IMG/VR virus record: IMGVR_UViG_3300021426_000095
Span: 1 to 64,000 of that record
Reading direction: 5' to 3' (one strand)
DNA from: a virus
Length of the DNA stretch: 64,000 nucleotides
In this document: positions 46,284 through 56,295 of the stretch, one piece after another
Layout of the letters: each line of letters begins with the position of its first letter
Position numbering within the stretch: position 1 is the first letter of the stretch
Made by a program: the position numbers and the translations under genes
The notes under the pieces: model-generated
What the model saw: the letters and a program-made list of their open reading frames with translations, nothing else
The model's database searches: none
Told to the model about the DNA's origin: nothing

Positions 46284-47303
46284 ATGCGATTTGGTGTACG
46301 CGAAATTTGCAACGTTACATTTCGTCCATTAGCTGCACTTGATATTGGTTCTCAGCATTTCGATAAAATGCAACCATGTCTTTATATTGATACTGCTACA
46401 GCTTCTAATATGGAAGTTGCTACTACAACAGTATATGCTCAAGGTGGTCGTGGTAATGCTCGCTTAATTGCTTGGGAAGGTGAAAAAACTGCAACATTCA
46501 CTGTTACAGATGCTTTGCTTTCACCAATTTCATTCTCAATGCTTTCCGGTGCAGGTGTAATTGACGGTGCGCCTTCAGAAAAAATTGTCCATATTACCGT
46601 TGATGGTGAGATTAAAGCTGGTACTGGTACTGGTAATGCCTCTATTGTTGTACCAAAAGAAAATTTTGCTGGTTATACCCCTGTAGCTCCTGCTACTACT
46701 AGTTCAAGTCTTCCTGAGTACGGTCTTGGTTTAAATGTTTATGCAATGGTTCTAGATAATAATGGTCAAGTTGTTGATTATCTTGGTGACCAAGAGATTA
46801 GTCAACCTACCACTAGACCAACTGCAGACAATGATTGGACTATTCAACTTCAAGGTTCACTAAAAGATCTTGATACAACTAAAACTGGTGATCAAACCTA
46901 TGCTGGTTATCTTTGCCGTGTTGACTGCTATGCTGTAACAACTGCTAAGGTAACTACTCTAACTGTTGATGCTGAAAACTTCGGTGGTACTTTCTACATT
47001 GAAGCTGAGACATTATTCCGTGATGAGGCTACTGGCCATGACTTCCCTGCAACATTTATTATTCCAAAGGGTAAGATTTCTGGTAACTTTACATTTAACA
47101 TGGCTTCTAGCGGTGATCCTAGTACATTTGATTTTGCTATTGACTGTACTGTAGGCTCTGTTCGTACTCTTGATAGCTCAAAGAAAGTCCTTTATGCTAT
47201 TGATATTATTGACAATATCTCTACAGCTGAAGCACATACAGAAAAAGCTAGCATTGACACCTCTCCAACGACAGCTAGCTCTGTAAATCGTAGTGGTGCA
47301 TAA
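46284..47303 (+). CDS. putative major tail (tube/sheath-like) protein
   Basis: strong RBS aaggaggaaaaaat, no TGA, followed by a terminator. Confidence 0.45.
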   Translation: MRFGVREICNVTFRPLAALDIGSQHFDKMQPCLYIDTATASNMEVATTTVYAQGGRGNARLIAWEGEKTATFTVTDALLSPISFSMLSGAGVIDGAPSEKIVHITVDGEIKAGTGTGNASIVVPKENFAGYTPVAPATTSSSLPEYGLGLNVYAMVLDNNGQVVDYLGDQEISQPTTRPTADNDWTIQLQGSLKDLDTTKTGDQTYAGYLCRVDCYAVTTAKVTTLTVDAENFGGTFYIEAETLFRDEATGHDFPATFIIPKGKISGNFTFNMASSGDPSTFDFAIDCTVGSVRTLDSSKKVLYAIDIIDNISTAEAHTEKASIDTSPTTASSVNRSGA

Positions 47304-47325
47304 TTAAAGAATAATTAAATATGGG

Positions 47326-47358
47326 CGCTCTCCCTCTGCGGAGGGTGCCTCTTTTTTG
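47326..47358 (+). terminator. rho-independent terminator
   Basis: ccctc-tgcg-gaggg + tgcctcttttttgtttt. Confidence 0.5.
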
Positions 47359-47374
47359 TTTTAAGGAGATATTA

Positions 47375-48904
47375 ATGCAATATATCCATATATATTTAGA
47401 CAATGCAGTACAAAAATCTAATTATCGTTTAATTCAAAATGTTAAAGCAGATATCTCTGAAAGACATATGAATCAAAAAATTCGCAGCTCTCAATTATCA
47501 AAATACCATGAAATGCGTACTAGTTTTATGGATACAACAGATTATTTAACATCTAATACAAAAAAAGAATTTGAACAATTTTTAAAAGCAATTGTTGAAT
47601 CTGCATATACTTCAACCCATATAATGGGAGGTAAAGATAAAGGTAAATTAGATTTACAAGCTGTCCAAAGAATGATCAATGAAAATAAAAAAGTTTTAAC
47701 AGAATTAAAAGCTGTTAATGTTAAAATTGAAGAAATTATTGATATTATTAACAATTTACGATCTAATGAAGTGACTTATAATTTATTAAAATATAGATTA
47801 TTATACTCTCCTGATGGTCAAATTACTGGTATTAAAATACCCGATGGTTTATATGCTGATATTGATCAAAAAATAATTAATGATGTTAAACAAAAGATAC
47901 AACAAATTGAGCAGATTGCCGCACAAATTCAGCAAGATATTCCAAAAGCATATGAAAAATTAACTTCTTTTAATCCAAATGCTGGTAGTGGTACTAAAAC
48001 GATTAAAGAAATTTTTCAATCTTTTCAAGGTTATGAAAGCGTTTATCGTGGAGCACTTTATGAACAAAGCATTTATTTGGGATATATTAACGCTGAAGAA
48101 AAAGCTATTGATGGGTTTTTAACAGCCAGAATTGATAAAAAAGAAGCTGATAAAATTTTACAAGATTCAAAATGACAACAAAACAAAGAGTTATGCCAAA
48201 AAATTAAACAAGATTTACAATCTTTTATAAATAATTATAAAAGTGGTTATGGTAAAGCTGACTTAACTTTTCATGTTTTTGATGAGAATGGTAGTTTTTC
48301 TGCTGTAGAAATGGTTAGTGTAAAAGATTCAACCTTTTCAGCATTACACCCCGAATATGGTAAAATTTTATTAGGAGGGTCTGCGAAACCTCTCTATCAA
48401 TTGTTAGATAATAAATTGCTTTCAGAGCTTCTTGATGGACAAGATCCTCGCTATTATGCTTTACAAACTTTTGCTGGTATTGGTGGTTCTACTTTTAAAA
48501 AAATTCCAAGACCACATTCAAAAAAAATTACTGCAGACATGGCAAATAAAAGTTTTAAAACATTGGTTGAAGCTGCGGGTATTTTAAATTTTATTGATTA
48601 CTTAGTAGGTTCTGGGAAATATGGTGATACTGCTACCTATTTTGCTGTAAATGGCAAATTGTATGAGATGGCTTCAGTATTAAGAAACGCCTTACGAAAT
48701 ATAAATTCAATATCTTTTACAATTCCAGCTTCATTAAAAAGAAATGATACTAGAGCAAAATCTTTACAAGCACAAGCTTTTAGTGAAACAGATAAAGATG
48801 GTAGTGATAGAAGTGATTATTTAATAAATCATTTTGAATCAATTTTTTCAGGTATGTTACAAGCTAAATTAAAAATTGGTTTATTATCAAGATTAGCAAA
48901 ATAA
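47375..48904 (+). CDS. hypothetical tail protein (509 aa), 1 TGA
   Basis: ATG 47375 after aaggagat; co-frame with track ORF 48311 via TGA 48173. Confidence 0.45.
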
Positions 48905-48909
48905 TTTTC

Positions 48910-48939
48910 TTGACAAAGTTGTTAAATTCATAGTATAAT
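48910..48939 (+). promoter_or_regulatory. promoter TTGACA-N18-TAgTATAAT
   Basis: -35 48910-48915, -10 48934-48939. Confidence 0.55.
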
Positions 48940-48973
48940 ATAATTGTAATAAAAAGGATATAAAGGAGTTAAC

Positions 48974-49474
48974 ATGAATCTTGAACAAGAAAAAAATAAT
49001 GTCTTTACGCCCCAAGAGACATATGAAATTATATCTACAGCAATTGATATGGCAGATGATGAAGGTTTTGTAAATAGCTATGTGTTTGAACGTGCATTAT
49101 ATGTATGTGCCGCACGTGTTATCTATGAAGATAAAAATGAAGAAATTAATACTTCTTTACTAGAGGACGGCTCTCCATTGATTACATGGAAAAAGCTTCT
49201 TGACGATGGTACTATTGATCAAATGAATGCGGAACATTCTGAATCTCTAAATTATCTTGCTTCTCTTGGAGAAACGTGGTTTGAAGAATATACAGAAGCA
49301 GCTCATTCTCTTCGTAGTCTTATTGATGTAATTCAAACATTTACAGACGGAATGGCTGGAAATATTGGAAAACAATTAGATATGTTTAAACAGGATGCTG
49401 ATGTTCAAAATGTAATTGACATTGCAGATAAATGGGGTCTTGATAGAAACGGTCAATCTTTGTTTGGAGAATAA
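48974..49474 (+). CDS. hypothetical acidic protein
   Basis: RBS aaaggagttaac. Confidence 0.45.
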   Translation: MNLEQEKNNVFTPQETYEIISTAIDMADDEGFVNSYVFERALYVCAARVIYEDKNEEINTSLLEDGSPLITWKKLLDDGTIDQMNAEHSESLNYLASLGETWFEEYTEAAHSLRSLIDVIQTFTDGMAGNIGKQLDMFKQDADVQNVIDIADKWGLDRNGQSLFGE

Positions 49475-49499
49475 AATATAAGATTGTGTAAAATTTTAA

Positions 49500-49529
49500 T
49501 TGACAAATGCTGTTAATTCATGGTATAAT
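49500..49529 (+). promoter_or_regulatory. promoter TTGACA-N18-TGgTATAAT upstream of the suppressor tRNA and lysis genes
   Basis: -35 49500-49505, -10 49524-49529, leader gaaaggaggaaaa. Confidence 0.55.
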
Positions 49530-49551
49530 ATAAATATTGAAAGGAGGAAAA

Positions 49552-49725
49552 TTGATTATAGCTGAATGTAATTTAAATCAATTAATTAATTTAGAATCAA
49601 TATTATTTGCGGCTGAGTGAGATAATAATCCACATATTCCTTCTTTTAATATTAAATGTGATAATGAATTATATAACTATAAAGTTATTAAAGCTTTTGG
49701 GAAATATAGAATTGTTACAAATTAA
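49552..49725 (+). CDS. possible 57-aa protein (TTG start, 1 TGA)
   Basis: TTG 49552 after aaaggagga (short spacer); TAA 49723; weak. Confidence 0.25.
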
Positions 49726-49728
49726 TAT

Positions 49729-49825
49729 ACCCCTCTCGCCTATCGGTATGGCCTCGGTCTTCAAAACCGAAAGTGGGCTGTGTCCAAAGCAGTCTTGCGG
49801 GGTTCGACTCCTCGGAGGGGTGCCA
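49729..49825 (+). tRNA. opal-suppressor tRNA (anticodon TCA, reads UGA), type II with long variable arm, G73, CCA encoded
   Basis: acceptor acccctc/gaggggt + g + CCA 49823-49825; D-arm gcc-tatcggtat-ggc (close to tRNA-Ser); anticodon arm tcggt-ctTCAaa-accga; 27-nt variable arm with ggctg/cagtc stem; T-arm cgggg-ttcgact-cctcg. Confidence 0.7.
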
Positions 49826-49863
49826 TACATATAGTCATTGTTTTAAGCAATGTTAAGATATAA

Positions 49864-49899
49864 AGGTTTACTAGTTTGACTAGTAAACCTTTTCTATTT
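49864..49899 (+). terminator. hairpin + T-run after the tRNA
   Basis: aggtttactagt-ttg-actagtaaacct + tttctattt. Confidence 0.45.
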
Positions 49900-49914
49900 A
49901 AGGAGGTAATTTAT

Positions 49915-50394
49915 ATGGAAGAAAGTACTCCAAAACATGAGATGCAAGAAAATATAAGAGGGACTATTAAAATATCAGATTTTCGTCCTAAAAATCTTCA
50001 TCCAAAAGCAAAAATGCGTGTATTACTATCTATTTTAGGAACATTTTTAATTATATTTGGATGTTTCTATATGCTTTCAATGACGCCTTTTTATTTTGAA
50101 CTAAATTTAGATACTTCAATTGGATTATCTAATTTCTTCTCTGATGCAGTATTTTTTAGTTATATTATTGGAAGTATTCTTGTAATTTTTATTTTATGAT
50201 ATGTAATGATTAAAGATTGTCCAATTTCTCCTGCTGCAAAAGCTAATTATGAAGCTTCACATGATAAATCTATAAAAGGTGTTAAAGTTGTTGCTGCACT
50301 TGCTTTTGCTATAGCTAATAAAGGAACAGGTGATAGTATTGAATCTATAGCGACTGCTGTTGATGATTATTTTACTGTTGAAGAAGAAAAATAA
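49915..50394 (+). CDS. holin-like membrane protein, 1 TGA
   Basis: ATG 49915 after aaggaggtaatttat; 2-3 TM; track ORFs 49876 and 50206 are co-frame via TGA 50197. Confidence 0.5.
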
Positions 50395-50413
50395 AAGATA
50401 GAGAGGATGTATT

Positions 50414-51418
50414 ATGGCTAATATTGCGAATGTTGCTGCACAAATTCATGCAAATATGTGTAATGATTCAGGATTTGGTTATTCTTGAGGCGAACGTTAT
50501 GGTACGTGAAATGATCCTGTAACATGGAATATTGAAGGTCAAAACTATACTATCGCTCGTGGAGATTATGATTGTAGTTCTTCTGTCTGTACGGCTTGGC
50601 AAACAGCTCTTAAAGGAACTTCTTATGAAGGAGCTTTAGATGGTGCGACATATACTGGAAATATGCGTTCGGTCTTTGTTAATTCTGGGTTATTTGATGT
50701 TTGGGATACTAATTCTACCTCTGCTGTCCGTGGTGATGTTTATCTAAATGATAATAAGCACACCGCAATGTGTCAAGATGGCGGTAATGATGGTGTATAT
50801 GGATATGATGCTTTATCAGAATTCTGCATCAATGAATTTGGTGAAGTGTATGGCGGACAACGTGGTGATCAAACTGGCGGTGAATCCCACATTACAGGAT
50901 ACTATAACTATCCTTGGAGCTGCAGTTTACACTATAACGGAAAAGCTGACACAACTAAACGCCAAGATGACAACCGTAGACATAATGTTATTATGTGGCA
51001 TTCTCATGGTAAAAAGAATCAGCGTTGGCAGCTAGAAAAGAAAGCCGAAGGCTTATACGCTATTAGAAATAAAGCTGATGGATATTATCTTGATGTTAGC
51101 GGAAAAGAAGATAAAGATGGCGCAGAAGTTATTCTTTGGTCTGAGTATAACGGCGGTAAAAACCAACTTTGGAAATTAGATCCAGTAGAAGGGAAGAAAG
51201 GCTGTTATTTCATTGTATCTGCAATGAATGGTGCTCGTGTTCTTGATGTTGTTTCAGAATCTCAAGATGAAGGCGCAACACTTTGCATTTATAAACGGAA
51301 GACAAAGAACACCGCAAATCAAGAATGGTATTTCTTAAAGAATAATGATAATACTAAAACAATTATCAACAATGGTAAAGGACCTAAGATGGCACTTGAT
51401 GCATCTGGTCAAGCTTAA
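50414..51418 (+). CDS. endolysin: N-terminal cysteine-peptidase/amidase-like domain + C-terminal ricin-type (QxW)3 beta-trefoil, 2 TGA
   Basis: ATG 50414 co-frame with track ORF 50663; NQRWQL, NQLWKL, NQEWYF repeats; Cys in DCSSSVCTAWQ; TGAs at 50486 and 50510. Confidence 0.55.
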
Positions 51419-51456
51419 AAAAAATAAAGGGTTACTCAATTAAGAGTAACCCTTTT
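51415..51456. terminator. bidirectional terminator between convergent blocks
   Basis: aaaaaaataaa-gggttactc-aattaa-gagtaaccc-tttttatttatt. Confidence 0.6.
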
Positions 51457-51540
51457 TATTTATTTATATTTATTTATCAAGAACCCAACCAATTATTGAT
51501 AATATAATCAATATTGTACTAATTGAAACAAATCAAAACA

Positions 51541-52035
51541 TTAAAATGCACTCCTATTCTGATTCAATTCTATTAGTCCAGCTTTACCGATACAAATAGC
51601 ATCTGCGGAATCTGATGTAAAATTTCCATTATATTCTTGTTGTACCCATTTTAAAGCAGCTTGTTTTTGTTCTTCTCGCTTACGGCCTCAGTTGATTTTG
51701 TATTTATCTTTTAGTATTTTTCGTCAATGACTTGGAGATAAAACATTATATTTAATACCACCACGATTTCTACACCATAACATAATTACAGACTGAACAT
51801 AACATAAACGTTTATAAGTATCTAAATTAACTTGTTTTTGTGTATCTTCAAAGAATACATATCCTATATTATATTGTTGATCTAATTTAGTTAATTCTTG
51901 TTGAATTGTATAAAGTCTTTCTTCTATTGAATCTGATGCTTTTGTTGAAAAAGTTCCTCATTTAACTAGTTTATCATTGTCAAAAATGGCATAACCGCTA
52001 GTTTGAAGAGCTTGATCTAATGCTAAATAAAACAT
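51541..52035 (-). CDS. RuvC-like Holliday-junction resolvase, in-frame TGA codons
   Basis: revcomp from ATG 52035: MFYLALDQALQTSGYAIFD ... SDSADAICIG (RuvC/YqgF fold motifs); 495 nt in frame to TAA at 51541; 3 in-frame TGA. Confidence 0.55.
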
Positions 52036-52460
52036 TATACACCGCTCGATCCGAATCCGCCTCTGTTGACATTATTCAAACTATCTTTTTGAATAAAATC
52101 AATAGAGGGTTGTTCCTTAATTAATCTAAATTGAAAACATCTTGTTCCTTTTGGAATCGTAATATCTTGAGTTGCATAAACGCAAGCTTTCCAATAGTCA
52201 TCAGTTCCATTATAACTATTATCTACATATCCAACAGAGTTAGTCATTAAAATACCATAACGTTTAAATGTAGAACTGCGAGGAAAAATTAAAGCGTCAT
52301 ATCCTTCTGGTAATTTCATTGAAATGCCAAAATTAATAAATCCTTTTTCGCCCTTTTTTAGACATATTTCTTCATAATTATAAAGATCAATACATCCGCC
52401 ATAGTTTGTTACTTCGAGATGCGGCGAACCTGGTAAATAATGAATTAAAATCTCTACCAA
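52035..52460 (-). CDS. dut: dUTP diphosphatase (trimeric dUTPase)
   Basis: IFPRSST, GILMTNSVGYVDNSYNG, C-terminal RGGFGSSG motifs. Confidence 0.75.
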   Translation of the reverse strand: MVEILIHYLPGSPHLEVTNYGGCIDLYNYEEICLKKGEKGFINFGISMKLPEGYDALIFPRSSTFKRYGILMTNSVGYVDNSYNGTDDYWKACVYATQDITIPKGTRCFQFRLIKEQPSIDFIQKDSLNNVNRGGFGSSGV

Positions 52461-52756
52461 GATAAATCACCTTCTTCCGCAGAATTAGTCATATTATACT
52501 CAATATTTTTTAAATAAGTATAAGGTTCTTTAATATCGTTAAATACATAAGTATATTTAATTTGATAGTACTCATCAATTACTTCACCTTTAGATTTTTT
52601 TTGACGAAGAGTTTTTGTAAAGGTTGAAAGGATACATCCAATTTTTTCTGCTTCTTGCTGAAGTTCTTTATGAAATTGGTCTGCTTCTTCTTCAGTCTCT
52701 ACACGAACTTCATTTGTTGCTTTAATAAGTGATTTAAGCATTCTTGATCCTTTCAA
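52454..52756 (-). CDS. hypothetical protein
   Basis: ORF in packed minus operon. Confidence 0.45.
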   Translation of the reverse strand: MKGSRMLKSLIKATNEVRVETEEEADQFHKELQQEAEKIGCILSTFTKTLRQKKSKGEVIDEYYQIKYTYVFNDIKEPYTYLKNIEYNMTNSAEEGDLSW

Positions 52757-52985
52757 TCTTTACTCTTTTTTCAAAATTGGTATGTAACATAGTTCCAATC
52801 TTGTCTGCAAAAGGTGTATCTCCAATAATAAAAATTGAATCAATTGGCTCTTCTTTTAGGTATTTAGCAGTCATCCGCACATTATCTTCAAAACTACAGT
52901 TTTCATTTGTTAAAATTTGATTATCTTTAATTAATTGAAAAGTTAACATTTGTGCAGGATAAGCATAGATATATAGATTTTTCAT
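52734..52985 (-). CDS. hypothetical protein
   Basis: ORF in packed minus operon. Confidence 0.45.
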   Translation of the reverse strand: MKNLYIYAYPAQMLTFQLIKDNQILTNENCSFEDNVRMTAKYLKEEPIDSIFIIGDTPFADKIGTMLHTNFEKRVKIERIKNA

Positions 52986-53404
52986 TATACCTCCACGACG
53001 AATCCTTCGGCATTAAAGAACATATACATATAATTTTGATGTCCTCCGTCTTCAAAAATTCTAATCCATATTTCCCAAGCATCTTGGTCTTGGAGATAAC
53101 GAACATCTAAAAGTTTGCCTCTATTCTCTAAACATTGTTTTAGATCATTAAAAATTCCATAATGGTATTTTTTATCTTCACGAGTTTTATATCTAAAAAT
53201 GGTATAATCTCTTCGTTCATGACATAAAAGCATTGTGTAATCACATCGTTGTTCTTTTACCCATTCATAAAGATTATTTAACTGATCATGTTTTTCTTTA
53301 ATACCTAAGGGATTAACAGTGTCATAGGCCTGTTGATTTAACATATATAATGAATTAGTTGATAATGATCCATCCTCTGCCATTTTCATTTCAATCTTAT
53401 CCAT
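52985..53404 (-). CDS. hypothetical protein
   Basis: ORF; RBS aaaggagtgtt. Confidence 0.45.
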   Translation of the reverse strand: MDKIEMKMAEDGSLSTNSLYMLNQQAYDTVNPLGIKEKHDQLNNLYEWVKEQRCDYTMLLCHERRDYTIFRYKTREDKKYHYGIFNDLKQCLENRGKLLDVRYLQDQDAWEIWIRIFEDGGHQNYMYMFFNAEGFVVEV

Positions 53405-53501
53405 AACACTCCTTTCATTCTATATATATATTATAGCATATAATAAGGAATTTTGTCAAAAGAATTTTAAATAAAAAAGGGTGATAGAATATTTATCACC
53501 C

Positions 53502-54038
53502 TTATTCAAAGACAATAACAGGAATTTCACTGTTTTTTGTTGCTTGTAAATCAATAATTTGTTGATTAGAAGACCCTCTCCAAGGTAGCGTTAAATTTTT
53601 TTGACTTTGTATAAAAGGGCCACAAACAAGATAATCTGCATATTTAAAAGTTACAAATAGTTTATCTGGTTTTATTTTTTTTCTTATTTCTTGGAGTTCA
53701 TCTCAAGTATATCCTGTCCATATCCATATTTTAATATCAGGCCAATTAGATTTAATTGTACATAAAATATAATTTAATTGATGAAGGTTATCTATAACTA
53801 ACGGTTCTCCTCCAAGAACACTAAATCGAGTAATATAGCTTGGTTTTAATGCTTTGTATATTTGAGATTCTTGATAACTAGTTAATTCTTTTCCACCATT
53901 AAAATCCCATGTTTCAGGATTGAAGCATCCTTCACAATGAATTGGGCATCCTTGAGTAAATAATGACACGCCCCATCCTAATCCATTTGTACATTCACAA
54001 GTATTTATACTACTATATCTCATTTTGACTCCCATCAT
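53502..54038 (-). CDS. nrdG: anaerobic ribonucleotide reductase activating protein NrdG (radical SAM), 1 in-frame TGA
   Basis: CxxxCxxC-type cluster CPIHCEGC; WIWTGYT*EEL...LPWRGSSNQ closely parallels E. coli NrdG (WVWTGYKLDEL...LIWRGSSNQ); reading continues through TGA 53703-53705 to TAA 53502. Confidence 0.7.
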
Positions 54039-56196
54039 GACGAACTCTCATACGGGTTTCTTGTTGTTTTCCTAAATTAAAAGCTGTAGTATAATTACCA
54101 GTTAAATATCCAGTTACTCTACGGAGTTGTTGAATATGATGGCTGCCACATATAGGACATTCATTATCAAATTCATCAGTATAACCGCATTCTAAACAAG
54201 TGTCATTTGGTACATTGATAGCAAAATAGGGAATATCTTTATCCATTGCATAATTAACAAGTTTTTCTAATGCTTCAATATTATTTTTAACTGTAGATTC
54301 TAATTCAACATAAGTAATACATCCTGCGCTGCTATATCCAGTTAATTGTGACTCAATATTAATTTTTTCAAACGGGTCGATTGATTTCCATACTGGTACA
54401 TGCATACTATTAGTAAAGAAATCTTTATCACTTACTTTTGGAATAACGCCATATTTCTCGCGGAATTTTTTCATTGCGGTATAGCAAAGATTTTCTGCAG
54501 GAGTATAATAAACACCAAAATTAAGTTTATATTCCTGTTTAAATTGAGCGCAACGATCTTTGAATAATTGTTCAATTTGTTTAGCTAATTCCATACCTTT
54601 TTCTTCTGTATGGTCACATCCAATTAAAATTTGTAATGTTTCTGCAAGGCCAAGTTGACCAATTACAATAGTACCATGTTTAAGTGCTGAACGAATTCCT
54701 TCTTCTGGAATATATCCAGCCATAGTATTATTTTCATACATAAAAGATGCAGATTTAGGATCTTGTGCACAAATCCATTCAAAACGTTCTAATAGCATGT
54801 CTTTAGCTTCATGAATTTTTGTATCCAAAAGAGTCATAAATTTATCAATATCTTTATCAGCTTCCATCGCTAATGTTGGCATGATAATAGTTACTGGACA
54901 AATATTTCCACGTCCATCTTTTAATTGTCCGAAGCCATTAATATCAAAACCATTAGCTGTGCGGCATCCCATTGTACTAAAATATGTACGAGGATCATTA
55001 ATATCATATCCTGCATTACCAGACCAATCAACATTTGCATAATTAGGATATAGTCTTTGAGCAGTTGATTTTAGAGCAAGTTGGAATAAATCATAATTAG
55101 GATCACCAGGTTTACGATTTACTCCTTTCATACATTGAAAAATTCCACAAGGGAAGATACTTGTTTTGTGTAATTTGCCTAAACCCTCAATACTTACTTC
55201 AAGAAGTGCTTTAGTTACCATGCGACCTTCTGGTAAAGTGCAGGTACCATAATTAATTGAAGTAAATGGTAGCTGATTACCACTACGTGATTGTAAAGTA
55301 TTAAGATTATGATACATACCTTCCACAGCTTGGTGGGTTTCACGTTCTGTCATATCTAAAGCATATTTATAAGCATATGTATATTTTTTATATTTATTAT
55401 CTTCTATACTTAAACTATCTAAAAATTGACTTATATCAAGCTCATTTTCAGGTTGAATTTCTTCACAATATTTTAATCCATCTTTAAAATGTTTTAAAAA
55501 TGATTTGCGGACATATGGAACCATTGTCCAATCTAAATGAGTTGCACTAACACCACCAAATTGTTGAAGTGATTGAAGTTGAAAAATTACTGCTACTAAC
55601 TGCATAGCAGTATTTATACTATTTGCGGGACGAACATCTGTTTGACGAGTATTAAAACCATTTGCAAGTAAATCATCAAAAGGGATTGAAAGACAATTAT
55701 GCATTCCAACAGCATAAGAATCTAAATCATGGATGTAGATTTCGTTGTTTAAATGATTTTTTTTAGCCATCTTTGAAACTAAATGATCTAATGCATATTG
55801 TTTCATAAATACCGCATCAGCTTCTCCTTTGCGGCCACCAAATGAATACTCATCGATATTTGCATTTTGGTTTTCTATATTTTCTGTTAAAAGTTTTGCC
55901 TTAATATCATCTTCAAGTTTTTTCTTTCGTGCAAGTTCATGGTCATATCTATATTTAATATAAGCACGAGCTTCATCAATATATCCATTTTCACAGAGCA
56001 TTTCTTCGACAATGTCTTGAATTTGTTCAACGGTTATTCGTTCAGAATAATGTTTCTTAATAATAGAATCAATTTCATCTAAGGTTACGGTACTTTCAAA
56101 AGTATGCCCTAAATCTTCAAAAGCTCCTTCTATAGCTACACTTATTTTTTCTAAGTCATAATCAACAGGAGTGCCATCACGTTTAATAACAATCAT
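54013..56196 (-). CDS. nrdD: anaerobic ribonucleoside-triphosphate reductase NrdD
   Basis: 727 aa; glycyl-radical motif RVTGYL and Zn ribbon CLECG...CPICG at the C-terminus; ATP-cone-like N-terminus. Confidence 0.8.
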   Translation of the reverse strand: MIVIKRDGTPVDYDLEKISVAIEGAFEDLGHTFESTVTLDEIDSIIKKHYSERITVEQIQDIVEEMLCENGYIDEARAYIKYRYDHELARKKKLEDDIKAKLLTENIENQNANIDEYSFGGRKGEADAVFMKQYALDHLVSKMAKKNHLNNEIYIHDLDSYAVGMHNCLSIPFDDLLANGFNTRQTDVRPANSINTAMQLVAVIFQLQSLQQFGGVSATHLDWTMVPYVRKSFLKHFKDGLKYCEEIQPENELDISQFLDSLSIEDNKYKKYTYAYKYALDMTERETHQAVEGMYHNLNTLQSRSGNQLPFTSINYGTCTLPEGRMVTKALLEVSIEGLGKLHKTSIFPCGIFQCMKGVNRKPGDPNYDLFQLALKSTAQRLYPNYANVDWSGNAGYDINDPRTYFSTMGCRTANGFDINGFGQLKDGRGNICPVTIIMPTLAMEADKDIDKFMTLLDTKIHEAKDMLLERFEWICAQDPKSASFMYENNTMAGYIPEEGIRSALKHGTIVIGQLGLAETLQILIGCDHTEEKGMELAKQIEQLFKDRCAQFKQEYKLNFGVYYTPAENLCYTAMKKFREKYGVIPKVSDKDFFTNSMHVPVWKSIDPFEKINIESQLTGYSSAGCITYVELESTVKNNIEALEKLVNYAMDKDIPYFAINVPNDTCLECGYTDEFDNECPICGSHHIQQLRRVTGYLTGNYTTAFNLGKQQETRMRVRHDGSQNEI

Positions 56197-56295
56197 ATAA
56201 TCACCTCAAATAAGATACTAAATATTGTATTAAATTTTTAAATTAATACAAAAAATTTTTCTTTATTAATATATTTAAAAATTAATCTATATAAA

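Noticed and set aside
49729-49825. tRNA-Sec (selenocysteine) identity for the UCA tRNA
   Set aside because: It has a 7-bp acceptor and 3-bp D-stem with 9-nt loop rather than the 8/5 acceptor/T and 6-bp D-stem of bacterial tRNA-Sec, and no selA/selB/SECIS context is seen in the window.
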